Assembly: GCA_002269645.1 (NCBI GenBank)
Contig: NIVC01000757.1
Span: 148,298 to 212,297 of the forward strand
Reading direction: 5' to 3'
Origin: Macrostomum lignano
Taxonomy: Eukaryota
DNA: 64,000 nt
Shown: piece by piece, positions 52,201-64,000 of the stretch
How positions within the stretch are numbered: position 1 is the stretch's first letter
How the letters are laid out: every line of letters begins with the position of its first letter
The notes under the pieces: model-generated
What the model saw: the letters and a program-made list of their open reading frames with translations, nothing else
What the model was told of the DNA's origin: nothing
Database searches by the model: none
Translations under genes and position numbers: made by a program

Positions 52201-54478
52201 TTGCTTTTTCTAAGGTACATACAGAAGGATTATAGGCATTTTGGTGACAAGACATTTTGGTGATAGTCATTTTGGTGACAAGCAAAAGTCATTTTGGTAA
52301 CAAGAAAAATACCTTTTGGTGATAGCCATTTTGCTTTTAAATAGTAAGTTACCTTGCAAATCTGAAGGTAACAAAAAGCTACTTTAGTAACAAATAACAG
52401 AATAAATAACAGAATAAAATAAAGAACATAACAGAATAAATAAATGAATAATAATAAATAAATAATAATAAATATTAAAATACCAGAATAAATAAAGAAT
52501 AACAGTACATGTATGTACTAATTGATATGCTCCAAAAGAATGCAACAATGAACTTTAAAAAAAGAACAACAAAAAATAATTGAGATACATGCATCTATAT
52601 GTGTTTAACTTGTTTAAAAGTATTTTTACCAATCTATTTTAATTTCTGGATACCACAGATACATGCACCAAGATATCTTGTAACTGATTAAATACCATAG
52701 TCCGGATGGTGTAATGTGGTACGCTGGAAGGAAAAAGGAGGATTCCCAAGTGGTACGCCAAAAGAAAGAGCGCGAACATTAATGTTCGTACGAAGAAATA
52801 ATAAACATTTCGACTTTGAAAACGGTAAAAATATGGCGGACAAACTTTAACAATTATTTAAAAATAACAGATATAATCAGCGCTCAGAAATTTATTTACC
52901 AATAATACTAGGCTAAATTACTTTATTAATACATTTATAAAATGATTAATCAAGTTATACAATGCAGGAAAAAATATATGCAATTTTTTACGTAAAATAC
53001 ATTGTCGTGTGATGTAGTCGTATCTTGTATGTCGTAATTTACGCAAAATTACAAAAAGTTTTTACTCTGGCAACGATTTTTTGCCTGGTGGTGCCAATGG
53101 TACGCTAAAAGTGGTACGCCAATTCAACTTCAGCTTGGTGGTACGCCAAAGGTGGTACGCCAAATGCTTTTTCGAATCGGTGGTACGCCAATGGTGGTAC
53201 GCCAATTTTTCAGAAAACTCATTTGGTACGCCGGAAATCTCCGGCATACCAGTCACCTTCCGGAGTATGGATTAAATATTATGCATATTAGATTTAATGA
53301 CTTATGATTAAACTATCTAAACTAAGTTAATGACTTAAAACTATAGAATCTACTTTTTCCCTTCATTCATTAGGCCTACTTTAAATTTTCAATTTCAATA
53401 TGTGGCCTTTTGCTAAATTTTCATAGCTTTCAAATTTTTTATAAACTTAATATGCAAATTTAAACAAATTATAATATAATTCAACTAGAAAATTAAACCA
53501 TACATAGTAATAAAATATTCTAGATATTAACTTTTAAACTATTTGTTTCAAAACATAATAACCATAAAGATATAAAGTTGACAATTCTAAATCTGCTTTG
53601 TTACCAAACTGGCTATTACTGAAGTGGCTATTATTAAAGTAGTCATTTTTTGTTACCAAAGTGGCAGTTACCAAAGTGGCTATTACTAAAGTGGATTGTA
53701 TTCCAACCTGATATTATAAAGCATCTCCTATCACTAAAATGACTTATATTTATACTTTTGTTAATTTTTTATCAAAAACAAAATGTGTTGGTAACAAAAT
53801 CAACTTGTCATTGTCAATCAAAAAGACTATTTATCATTGAAATGTCTATCATCAAAATGACGTATCACTGAAATGACTATTACCCCATATAGAATATTTA
53901 AAAAAATGGCTTATTGTCACTTATTTTAATGGTGATTATATGATTTTATTTGAACTTATATGAAGTTATGAAAAAAATCTGAATTGTAAAATAAAAGAAT
54001 ACTAAAAACTAGGCCTACAAATTATAAATTACAATATAGGCCTAGGCCTAATCTAATCATTAGACAATAATATGAAAAACATAATAAAACTCAATTTAAG
54101 AGATTTTTAAAAAAATAATAATTAATTAGGACTATTTCATTATCAAAAACAACAAAATATAACCACTCACCTAATAATTGATGATTTTAGTAAATTAAGA
54201 TTAGCACAAGAGCTAGGCCTATGCCTACATGAGCCACATTTTTCAACTTCATTTGGACAAACAGTAATTTGTGTAACTTCATAGCAAAACAAAACATGGT
54301 CAGAACCAAATGTACAAGAAAATAAATCAAAATGATTCCATGGAGTTTTATTTAAAGGGAAAAGAAACTGTTGATGCTTAGATAAAGCCAGTTTTCTATA
54401 TAGGAAAAAGTAATCAAACAACGCCACAGACTCATTTAGCCGAAGAGCTTTGATGCAGCACATGCTCGACTTTGGCAT
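49283..54478 (-). CDS. PPP1R15/GADD34/CReP-like PP1 regulatory subunit, 3 coding exons, about 351 aa
   Basis: complement(join(49283..49501,50496..51024,54171..54478)), phase-consistent. Acidic patch FSDSEIDSDDSD, then C-terminal KVRF (RVxF)..VHEI..YRSARR..FQ..LTKQHREQMW. Compare CReP KVTF...FQKRI...LTFEHRERMF, recalled rather than aligned. The N-terminal exon is less certain. Confidence 0.72.
49585..50460. repeat. 36-bp minisatellite in the PPP1R15-like last intron
   Basis: (AGGTGAGGAGGGTAACAAACAATCCATCAAATGACC)n, about 24 copies. Confidence 0.97.
52235..53886. mobile_element. Degenerate foldback-type MITE with motif-repeat arms
   Basis: Left arm repeats GTCATTTTGGTGATAG-like units; the right arm (53590-53886) repeats the complement (CTATCACTAAAATGAC, TTACCAAAGTGGC). 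Confidence 0.55.
52692..53271. mobile_element. TTAA-flanked MITE nested in the previous element
   Basis: TTAA at 52688-52691 and 53272-53275; imperfect TIR CCATAGTCCGGATGGTG vs CCATACTCCGGAAGGTG; internal TGGTACGCC repeats. Confidence 0.7.
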
Positions 54479-54930
54479 TTGCTTGATTTGTTATTGCAAA
54501 AGCTCACAAGATTAGGCCTAGGCTCGGCCTGACGACCTAGGCCAGATCGATAAATAGGCCTAAGGGATTTGACTTAAATTCGAATGAGTGAAGTCAATCC
54601 AAACACGTTTGCTTCTAAAGTAGCAAGCTAACTAGGCCTAGCTGGCCTCACAGTACACAACACAATTTTTTTTTCAAAGTTTAACAATAGGGCCTAAGCA
54701 AAGGGCTTGCTTAAGTCTTAAGAAAAAACAGTAAAGATTTTTGGGTTATTCTTGTCGATTGCTTTCAATTTGATATTTGAATTGGTAGTACACATTATTG
54801 CATAAGCAGATAATGTCATAGGGAGAAGAAAATCGTCACTTTTAAATGTATGGATGTGATGATGCAATGACAAATTTAGTTTCCTAACAGAGGTTACACA
54901 CTTACAGATTAAACTAAAATAGAAATTTTT

Positions 54931-54966
54931 CTAATTTTGTATGTACTTCTCTTTCGTCAGGCACAT
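54931..54966 (-). promoter_or_regulatory. Candidate uORF (MCLTKEKYIQN*) in a predicted 5'-UTR exon (54906-54978) of the PPP1R15-like gene
   Basis: GCCATGT context; the exon is bounded by AG and GTAAGT. Linkage to the gene is inferred. Confidence 0.45.
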
Positions 54967-55557
54967 GGCCACTTCTGTCTTATTGATAAAAGCAAAATAT
55001 GTAATTCCTAATAAATAATAGAGTGCTTAATAAGATAAAAATCTGAGAAAAGTCTAAAATATCCATCAAACAAATATGGAATAAAATGTTTGTTATACAG
55101 CTTACTTACCTTAAACTAAATCCGGTAATAAAAAGTTTGAAACTGTGTGCTAAAAAATAAGTCGCCTTCGCCGTTAATGCTTTTGATTCATTAGTGCCAT
55201 TTAAGATTCACAAGCGCCTCATAAGATCGGTCAGCCAATTTTCTGCTACTGGCAGCCGGGGTTCACTAATTTCATAGGCCTAGCTGCATGTTTTTGCGGT
55301 GGTTGCTGCATGGGAAGGGAGTAGTTGTACATGCAGTGCAATATGTGCGCTGTAGAGGTGTCTCTTATACCTATGTTTTTCGACTCGTAGGCTTGTCCTT
55401 TCGCCCTATCGCTCAGCTAATTGTTTGCAAGTATTCCTAAGCTAATCATTTTCCATTTTTATCGAAACCTAATATATCTCTGTATAATTATCTATTTACA
55501 GCTACAGTACAATCATGCAAACATATAATCGAAACATACCTGCTACAAATCTGCTAC

Positions 55558-55693
55558 AAATTGACGCGCTTTTTAGACGTGCGCCACCGCTTGGGTTCGA
55601 CAAAATCGTCGCTCTCATCTGCATCAGAGCAGTCCAACAACATGATAAATTTAAGCACAACTAAGCACAATAATAGTCGAAGTCACAAGAAGA
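55558..55693 (+). repeat. 136-bp direct repeat, second copy at 59204-59339
   Basis: About 6 mismatches between copies. Confidence 0.92.
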
Positions 55694-56026
55694 TATATAT
55701 CTTGTCATATTATATATCCATGCCTTTTGGGGGTGGTCGACTGTTGCAAATGTCGTGCTTTCTATTCGATCGGCTTCCTTTCAAACTGTTTAATTTTTTA
55801 TTTTATGGTCTGTCTACTAGATATTCTCTGCTACAAAATTAAAAGACAATTTTTGTTTTGACCACTGACTGAATAATCGTCCTACATGTACTCGTATATT
55901 CCTTTTAAAAAGATAGGACCGAATAGTGAATTCATAATTATAACTCAAATTACAATCTTCTAGACTGAGAAATATACGATCAGCTATAATGTTTGCGCGG
56001 CCTGCGCTGTGTGTGTTGCTGAAATG

Positions 56027-57281
56027 CAGTGTTGGGCAAGTTACTCAAAAAAAGTAACTTGCGTTACTGTAACTTAAGTTACCACTTTTTAAAAAGTAAC
56101 TTACGTTAGCCTAGTAACTTTGAACAAAAACCCGGTAACTTTTAAGTTACTTCCGTTACTTACTTCCGTTACCTATGTTATTAACAAAATTTTCTGCTTT
56201 TTTTAACATTGCAAATGTGATGGAACAGCACAAATGATCGCGAAAGCCAGGAGGAAGAATACAACAACATTAATTTCAGTAACTGTATTAAATTTTAATC
56301 ACTTTAGGCCCTTTCCGTAAAAAGAAGAGAAGCTGAAGGTCAGAAACGTTAAAGGCAAAACGCAATTTAATTTTTAATAACATTATAAGTTATAATACAC
56401 AAGGACAACTTAACGTAACTTCAGTTGTCCTTGATAATACATCGCTCGTAATAAGTATCTGGCTTTACTCCACTCTACAGTCTGCTTTACTAGTATTTTT
56501 ATTTATTTTCAATTATTATCATTAATATTAAATTATTGTGCAGTGCAGTGCAGTGCCAGTGGACTTTAGTGGTGTAGCCAGGGAGGCCGCCTTAACAATC
56601 GTTGGGGCGGCAACTTCACCCCACCTGCAAGACACCCCACCTGGGGGGTGGGGTTGGGCGTGGCGGGTACCAAAAACCATGAGGCGATTTGAGTGCCTGC
56701 GGCGCTTAAATGAGTGCCTGCGGCGCTTAAATAAGTGCTTGCGGCGCTAAAATGAGTGCCTGCGGCGCTAAAAGTGGCAATAACATGAGGCATGGCCAGC
56801 CAGGCCAACCCGCCCCCCCCCAATTAAAATTCCTGGCTACGTCGATCACTGAGTGGATTTGTGGAGACTACAGATGAATTTCTTTCTTTGGTTGTTTGTT
56901 TCTAAGAACTAAACAAAATATTTTTATTAACTTAAAAACGAAAAGCAAAAATATTTTACCGAAAATAACAAAGTAAAAACATGTTTCAAGTATTTCTTTA
57001 TTAATTACAGCGTAATACCGTATGATATTATTCACTTAGTTTTGAATTTAGGAATGAAAAATGCTAAAAATGTGACAACTGGCGTAATAGCTAAGCATAT
57101 CAGTTTTAAATTTAAATATTGCGATTGTTGCAAAGTAACTGTAACGGACTTCCGAAATTTGAGTAACTTACCGTTACTCCGTTACCAAAATAGGAAAGTA
57201 ACTTGCGTAAGGAACGCTTTACGAAAAAGTAACTTGCGTTACCATTTACAAGTTACTCGGTAACGGAAGTGCCCAACACTG
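56027..57281. mobile_element. Non-autonomous hAT-type element
   Basis: Perfect 12-bp TIR CAGTGTTGGGCA; exact 8-bp TSD CTGAAATG at 56019-56026 and 57282-57289; subterminal GTAACT/AGTTAC motifs. Confidence 0.92.
56567..56851. mobile_element. MITE nested in the hAT element
   Basis: Ends TAGTGGTGTAGCCAGG / CCTGGCTACG..CACTG; near-duplication AGTGGACTT / AGTGGATTT; internal CTGCGGCGCT repeats. Confidence 0.7.
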
Positions 57282-59399
57282 CTGAAATGGCGGGGTTCGA
57301 CTCTCATCGATCATTGGATGAACCCGGCCGCTATATGCACTGCATCAAATGCGGACGCCAATCATCATGTAAAAATAAAAAACACCAAGTTAGTTAACAA
57401 CTTCCTTTATTTTGCAAAGTTTCTGTCATGTGCAATGTTTTCTGTAGAATGTGGAAGCTGCATGCATGCTTCTTGATAGCATGCATGTATATAAATGACT
57501 GGATCAAAGTACATGTAACCTGCCACTGCTTGAGAACGAATGGGGTTTCGCCATCGAAAAATTCGGTCGAGAAGGATCCATGCAATTTCCGGAGAGCATT
57601 TCAGCGGCGAAAATTTGTCGGATCGTTGTATACTAAGTCAGCCAGTCATGTAGAGACGCTCGAGAGCAGCAAATCTTGTCCCTCGGCTGTGGCTCTGGAT
57701 GGCAGAGACGTTCAAGCCTTTACTGGTGCGGAATTTACGAGATATAGCGGTCAAGCGGCCAAATATGGCATCGATGGACGGTCGGTCTGCTGCTACTCCG
57801 AGGGCCACCCTTCCAGGACGGATGTTCATGCGTAGTAGAGGCATGGAAATGAAAAATAAACAATACTTATTGTTCACAGAAAACAGTTTTATGAGGAAAA
57901 GCCAACATCAAGTAAAGCCGGCGCTGCCCTCCTTTCTCGTTGAAGCTTTTTTTCTCAGTTTATGTGGTGACATATGTTGTGCAATCGTGCCCTTTCTCGC
58001 CCTCCTGCCCCGCCCCAACCCTCCAGTCTGCCCCACCCCTCCAATCAATAATCAACGCGTACGCCGATCACGCCACCCCGCCCCACCTCCCCTGCTGTAC
58101 CGTACATTTGTTCTTAAGTTATATTCATGTACGCGTAGGACCAATGAAAAATATATAGTCGCTGTCTGGAGGGCAGACTCCTCCCTTGCGCGCGTTGGTC
58201 CGCCTCCGTTGGCTATTGAATAAAATGACTCGTCGATCTACCATAAAAAGTGCACGGCGAACTGCATCGGCTATGGTGTGTAAGTTCGTGTTCGCGAGTT
58301 ACTGTTCTTTTTCTGCTTCTCCCTAGGGCGCGGGACGGGAGCTCTGACTGGGGACCTGGGGGTCGCAGCTTCCCGACAGGTTAAAGCTGTAGGCGTTGCT
58401 CCGGAGGACGGGGCTCACAACACATATCTCGCATTCCTGCCTGGAAGCAACAGCAGCAGCATGATCAGATGACCCACCGGCACCAACATCAACACTGGCT
58501 GCTTCACTCGGCAGCCGCTATTCCCGGTGGTTTCACCACTATGGAAACACCTCAGGCTGACGGCTTGGTCGTCCGAATCGATCCGACGATAGACAGAAAA
58601 TCCTGCAGCTCTGGCCGAAAGATACTACTGCCATTGCGAGTTGAAAGACGCTACTTTGTCTTGATCCTCCTCAATCACCATGCTGTTTGGTTACTGGGGT
58701 GTCCATGCCAACAGCTGCAGGAATCCAGGTGCGCTTGAAGGTTGAGACGGTCGCCGCTGACGTCCGTAGCACCACTTGCCTCGTACATCAGGAACATCGC
58801 GTACATGTACATCTCCGTGGTAGCAGCAGCAACAGGATTAGAGGTTGGAATTAAACCTGTGGGTTTGAATATGATATATTTATAAGCTTCTATATTATAA
58901 ACAAACTAATAGCCAGATACAAGTTATACAACTTAAGGCTACAAGGGTTTCCCAAAGCTACTTGTAGATTTCAGCAAAAAACCTAAAATTTTACAAGTTT
59001 GTAGCTATTTTTTTAACTGTCTATGGTAAAAACTCTACGTCTCTGAGGATAGCTGGCTTGGACACGCCATGAGCGTCGGGGATGACAGAAAAGTTTGCCC
59101 CTGTGGCCAAAAAAAGCGCTCCAATGCTGTTAGATTTCTTGTACGTGTTTCTCCCGTAGCCGAAACCTTGACATGTGATCGCTGTAGTTGACGTCCCCAG
59201 ATGAAATTGACGCGCTTTTTAGACGCGCGTCATCGCTTGAGTTCGACAAAATCGTCGCTCTGATCTGCATCAGAGTAGTCCAACAACATGATAAATTTAA
59301 GCACAACTAAGCACAATAATAGTCGAAGTCACAAGAAGAATAAATAGATAAAGAAACGCAAAAAATAGAAAGATCTTGTTGCATAAACACGTTCGCGAA

Positions 59400-62300
59400 A
59401 CAGGTGGGGGGGGGAAGGCAGCTGCAGTTTGGGCTGAGACCCAGGGCCTGCAAGCTAGTCAGCCACAAAAAAATCAGTCTAGCGTCACAGTTCGCCCTTG
59501 GCCATGGCGCTGCCGCTCCGTCGGCTGCATGGTGCAGGAGGACCGTAGGCAGTGACCCAGCAAGCATCTGGCGGCACCGGCCCAGGATAACGCTCAGGTC
59601 AGGAACGTCGGCACGGGCCATAATTTATCTAGACGGCTTCTCGGACTAGTGCACGCCCAGGGAGTAGCGCAGCAGAGACCTGTAGAGCGCGTCCAAGGCT
59701 CGCTCTCGTTTGTCGGTGTCTCGTGTGCCATTCCGTACAGGAGCATCGGCTGCAAGACCGCGCGGAAGAGGCGCATCTTCAGGCCGTCCCTCGCAGCTGA
59801 GTTGAAGACGTTGCTGAGCAGGTGCGCCGCGCGCTAGGCCTGGTTCCCCCTATCGGAGACGATCGAGTCCGGACTAGTTGCTAGCAATCCGAGGTACCGC
59901 GGAAGTCCTCGCACACAGCGACAGCGTCTCCGCTGGGCAGCAAAAGTCCCGGGGCGGTGTCAGTGCCCACGTGCATCACCTCTGACTTGCGCGCGTTGAC
60001 CACCAGCCCAATAATTGTTCAACAGGGGGCCCTCTTCACAGAGCCGGGAAAGAGCGCGTTGGGTACCAGCTGGGTCGCGACAGAGGAGCGCAATGTCATC
60101 GGCATTCGCGAGAGCAGGCAAAAGAACAGCAGGATGTCGGGAGCGTCGGCATGGGACAAGCATGTCGCTGTCGTCCTCTTGAAGGTAGTAGCGTAGCACA
60201 TAATCCACGACCATGATGAAAAGCAGGGGAGCCAGTGTGTCGCCCTGCAGGATGCCGGAGGTTGTGCCGCGAACTCTTCAGTGGGGCCGTCGTTCGTCTG
60301 GACAAACGCCCTGGAATCACTGTACAGGTCCATAACTGCAGGTACCAATGCAGCGGGAACGTCGCAGTAGGACAGCAACCATGCGATCGCAAGCCTGAGC
60401 ACCGAGTCGAACGCCTTACGGAAGTCCCCGAAGACGATCGACATCGGACTGCTACGCTGGACAAGGATGCCCTACGGCGTGAAGATGGCGAGCGTACAGT
60501 TCCAGGCGGCCATGGAAGCAACGTTCGGTGGTCTGGTGTCGAACCTGGTCATCTACCAGGACGATGTCTGTGTCGGAGCCAGGTCCGAGGCCGAGCTGGA
60601 CGAGAAAGTCGAGAAGCTGTTGCGCAAGCTCAAGGTGGCCGGAATGCATATCAAGGAGCGTAAGTGCGTCTTCAGGAGCACTGCGATCTCATTCCTCGGT
60701 TACAAGATATCAGCTGATGGTGTTCGGCCCGACTCAAAGCTTTTGGAAAAATTCCAGCAGACCCGTGCACCGATGAACCGCAAGGAGCTCGGATCCTTCC
60801 TGGGGCTCACGAACTACTACGCGCGGTACGTTCAGGCCTACGCTAGCCACTCACAATGCTGAGAAGCAAGCAGACACCACTCAAGTGGGGCCAGAACCAG
60901 CAGAAGGCATTCGACGACCTCAAGAAGGCTCTGGCAGCGTATCTATGAGCACCTCGTAGTAGATCGCATCTTCGATGCTTCCAAGCGCACGACACTGACA
61001 ACAGACGCCAGCGAGAAAGCGATCTCGGCCATTCTGACTCAGGACGAGCACCTGATGATCTACCTGTCTCGACGGCTCACAGTGGCGGAGCAGAGCAACT
61101 CCAACGTCGAGCGAGAGACCCTCGCCATGCTGGGGGCAAAGTTCACCCTGAACTGCGACTATCAGCCGCTGGAGTTCATCTTCAGCCCAGCCAAGGAGAT
61201 CCCGAAGGTCACGTCTGCGAGAATCACGCGGTGGGCCATCCAACTGGCTGCTTTTGACTACGATATCGCGTACGTCCGCGGAAGAAGCATCCCACATGTC
61301 GACGCAATGTCGAGGCTCGAGTTCGAGGAGAAGCCCGAGCAACCGGAGTTGGTCGAGATGGTCATCCACTGGACCGAGACTGACGTGCTGAAACTCGAGG
61401 ACGTTCAGCAGGCAAATGCAACTGACTCAGTGCTGCTGGGCATCAAACGCCGGATCCGCGACAATTCGCCTGGAGCAACTGCTCTGAGGCCGAGCGTCCC
61501 TTCAAGAGCGTGCGCCAGCAGCGCATTGGGTGGCTGCAGCGCATTGGGTGGCTGCAGCGCATTGGGTGCAACCTGGTGCACTCGCCGCCGTACCATCCAC
61601 AGTCCAACGGCTGTGCTAAGCGCATTGTCCAGACGGTGAAGCACGGGCTCCGGACATTCGCAGCACGCCGCGGCTCCTTCTAAGCATACCTGGCCAAGCT
61701 GCTGCTCAATTACCGTTCGACGGCGGGGAGCGACGGCCGGGGCAGCCCGTCGGCGCTGATGGGCCGACAGCTGAGAAGTCCGCTGACAATGACTTTAGAG
61801 ATCGACGAACCAGTCGTTTACCAGCCAAGCTCCAGTGTAACGGCCGAGCCCGCGCGCTTTGTGGTCCAAGCTAGCTGGGAGCAACACGGCGGTGATCATC
61901 CACGACAACAACCGGCCGGTCCTAGCCCAGCAGGACCAAATTCGGCCGCTGCTGGTCGACTGGACGGTCACGCCAGGGCAGGAGCAAGTGGCCGGGCGCG
62001 GACCAGAGACAGCGGCTGAGGAGACTCCGGCCGAGCCTGAGACTCCGCGGCCGGGCAGCCCCAACACCGAAAGCGAGGTGCCGGGGCAGCCCAGAGGCGT
62101 AGCGAACGCGGGAACAAAGGAGTTCCCCCCGAGCGGCTCACTCCTCGGTGGTGAGGAGATGTGGCACTGCTTGGCGGTGCTCATTAACTATTTATGTGCT
62201 AAAGCTGGAAATGGTTTGATCGCGCTGCGCTCGTATTATAGGCGGCATGTGGCCGTCGGTCATATTTCAAGTAAATGAAGACCGCTTAGGCTATCAGCGG

Positions 62301-63430
62301 TTTTCTTTGCTCAGCCAAGAGCTCTCTCAAACAGAAGAGAGTTCACTTTATTGCTACGACAAGACAATTTCCAGGTCGTTGTCCCACGGCATCTTGGGTT
62401 GATTTGGTTTCCGCCTTGGCAGGACGGTGAAAGAGTCAGCGGACTGGTCCAGAGCCGGGGTCGCAGTGCGCAGTCTGCCCAGGAAGGCTGCCCGAGTCTC
62501 CGGGTTTCTCAGACCAGCTCAGATCGGGTTCAATGGGAAAGGCTTCAGCATAGTCCAGCGATGGTCTCAGGCCACCAGGTTGTGGTCAGACTTCACGCAA
62601 ATAGGACGGATGCTGGTTACTCTGCGCACTCTAGACAGGAGAGCAAAGGGGCAGAAGACCCAGTCCAGCCGCGTAGCCCGCTTGCTGGGACCAAAGAAAA
62701 TCGGGAGCTTGTAGAGACGCTGCCTCATAGTGCCGTTTACGGCAATCAGATCCCTGGCCTGGGTGAAGCTGGACAGATAAGCCGAATTGGCGTTCGGCAC
62801 ACCACAGAAATTCTTCACTAAGCGGCCATCAGCAGGCAGGGGCGCATTGAAGTCACCGACAACAAAACTAAGATCTCGAGGCGGAGTTAGGCGGATTCAG
62901 GTTGTCGTAGAGGCCCTCGGTCTCAGTGGGGTTCTTGCTGGTGCGGAGGGCTGTCGGGAAATACACGCAGACAACATGCAGGTGCATGTCCTTCAGCGTA
63001 ATTTCCGATTGACCATGCAAGGCGCTCAGACGGTAACCGGGTTTCCAGCAGGGCTTTGGTTGGACGCGGCGGGCGAGAGCAGGAAGTCAACAGCCCCGAT
63101 GCCCCGGGGCGTGGCTGGGGCGGCCTTGAATTGCCATCCGAGGCCCGCGGGTCCGCACTCCTGCGATGCTCTTGGACAGCCAGAACTGAGATACCCATGC
63201 AGGTCGGCCACCAACCACGTCAGCTCCTGCAGCCTCCACGGGTAGCTGAGACTGCGGGTGTTAAAGGTGGCGAGCCGATTCTGGGCTAGAAGTGCAGGTG
63301 GTGGTCGACTCGTCTCTCGGTCCGCTCCCCTTGCGCGTGCATTGCGGGGAGCCGGTTGGGGTGGAGGTGCCGGCCCTCGAGGCGATATGAACACCTACTG
63401 GATTTTTTAGTTGGCTGCTGTTGCAGGCGC
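59400..63430 (-). mobile_element. Degenerate RTE-clade non-LTR retrotransposon (APE + RT), interrupted
   Basis: APE: RLATFNTRSL, GISVLAVQEHR, GDFNAP, TRLDWVF, SDHNLV. RT: DFRKAFDSV, GILQGDTLAPLLF, ANADDIALL, DFRYLG, LLYG. Many frameshifts. Confidence 0.9.
60445..62361 (+). mobile_element. 5'-truncated Ty3/Gypsy fragment (RT, RNase H, partial integrase, PPT, 3' LTR) inside the RTE
   Basis: RMPYG..FQAAM..IYQDD..FLGY..SFLGLTNYY; TDASEKAI, SNVERETLA, PHVDAMSR; HPQSNG. Purine tract GGTGGTGAGGAGA, then an ~200-bp TG...CA segment at 62161-62361. Confidence 0.9.
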
Positions 63431-64000
63431 GTCCCAATGAATCTGCGGCGGCCATCAGAGTATCCCGTCAGAGGCCCCGTCTTCGTTGACGGCAGCAGCT
63501 ATTTTGGGAGCCACCGCATTCTCTTCCAGCCACAACGCATCTGCTGTTGTTCTTGCTGCTGGTGGCGCAAACCTCTCGATGGGTACTCGATCGCATTACG
63601 GCCAGACTGGGCAGATAGGCGGTGACTTTATTGCTAGTCAGACTATATCCCGCGGCTGCTTGACATCTGCAGCCGCCCACTGGGCCTCGGTAATGGACGC
63701 ATTTCGCTCCGGCAAGTCAGCCAACTTTAAACTTTGTAGGACATTTTTGCATCTCGTGTCATACATATATACTCCGCCAACAGACAAGTGTCCACCCTTT
63801 TCTCGGTAGAATTCGTCTCTTAGTTGAGTGGCAAATCAATCCAACAGTTTGACCATCGACGAAATTCGTCTATGGGTTGAAAGGTGGGGCACTTTCTAAA
63901 GCGTACCATTGTCGGCTGATTTTCCATGCAAGAATGGCATTCTTGCACTCTTTTGCGTGCAGGAATGGATGTCTATGGTAAAATCTCACTGAAAAAGCAT

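Overview
Eukaryotic (animal) genomic DNA, with no CRISPR, rRNA or intact tRNA. Repeat-filled introns and GC-rich long exons suggest a flatworm such as Macrostomum (inference only). Layout: (1) 1-6.8 kb, a decayed Ty3/Gypsy retrotransposon with an extra post-integrase ORF and repeated tRNA-Leu primer-binding sites. (2) 8436-23251, a 14.8-kb foldback-like structure with 23-bp terminal inverted repeats and an exact 8-bp flanking duplication (AATTCTTG); it encloses near-identical 5.0-5.7-kb inverted arms full of minisatellites and a 3-kb spacer ending in a truncated Tc1. (3) Five spliced host genes rebuilt by hand from GT-AG sites with consistent phases: SWEET/SLC50A1 (+), TRAPPC9-like (+), PR-Set7/KMT5A (-), MIPEP (-) and a divergent PPP1R15/GADD34-like gene (-). 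Many of their introns hold a minisatellite. (4) Two paralogous candidate box C/D snoRNAs in MIPEP 5'-UTR introns. (5) 52-64 kb, nested MITEs and an RTE retrotransposon interrupted by a partial Gypsy. Best leads: the giant foldback element, the snoRNA pair, and the PPP1R15-like gene with a uORF.
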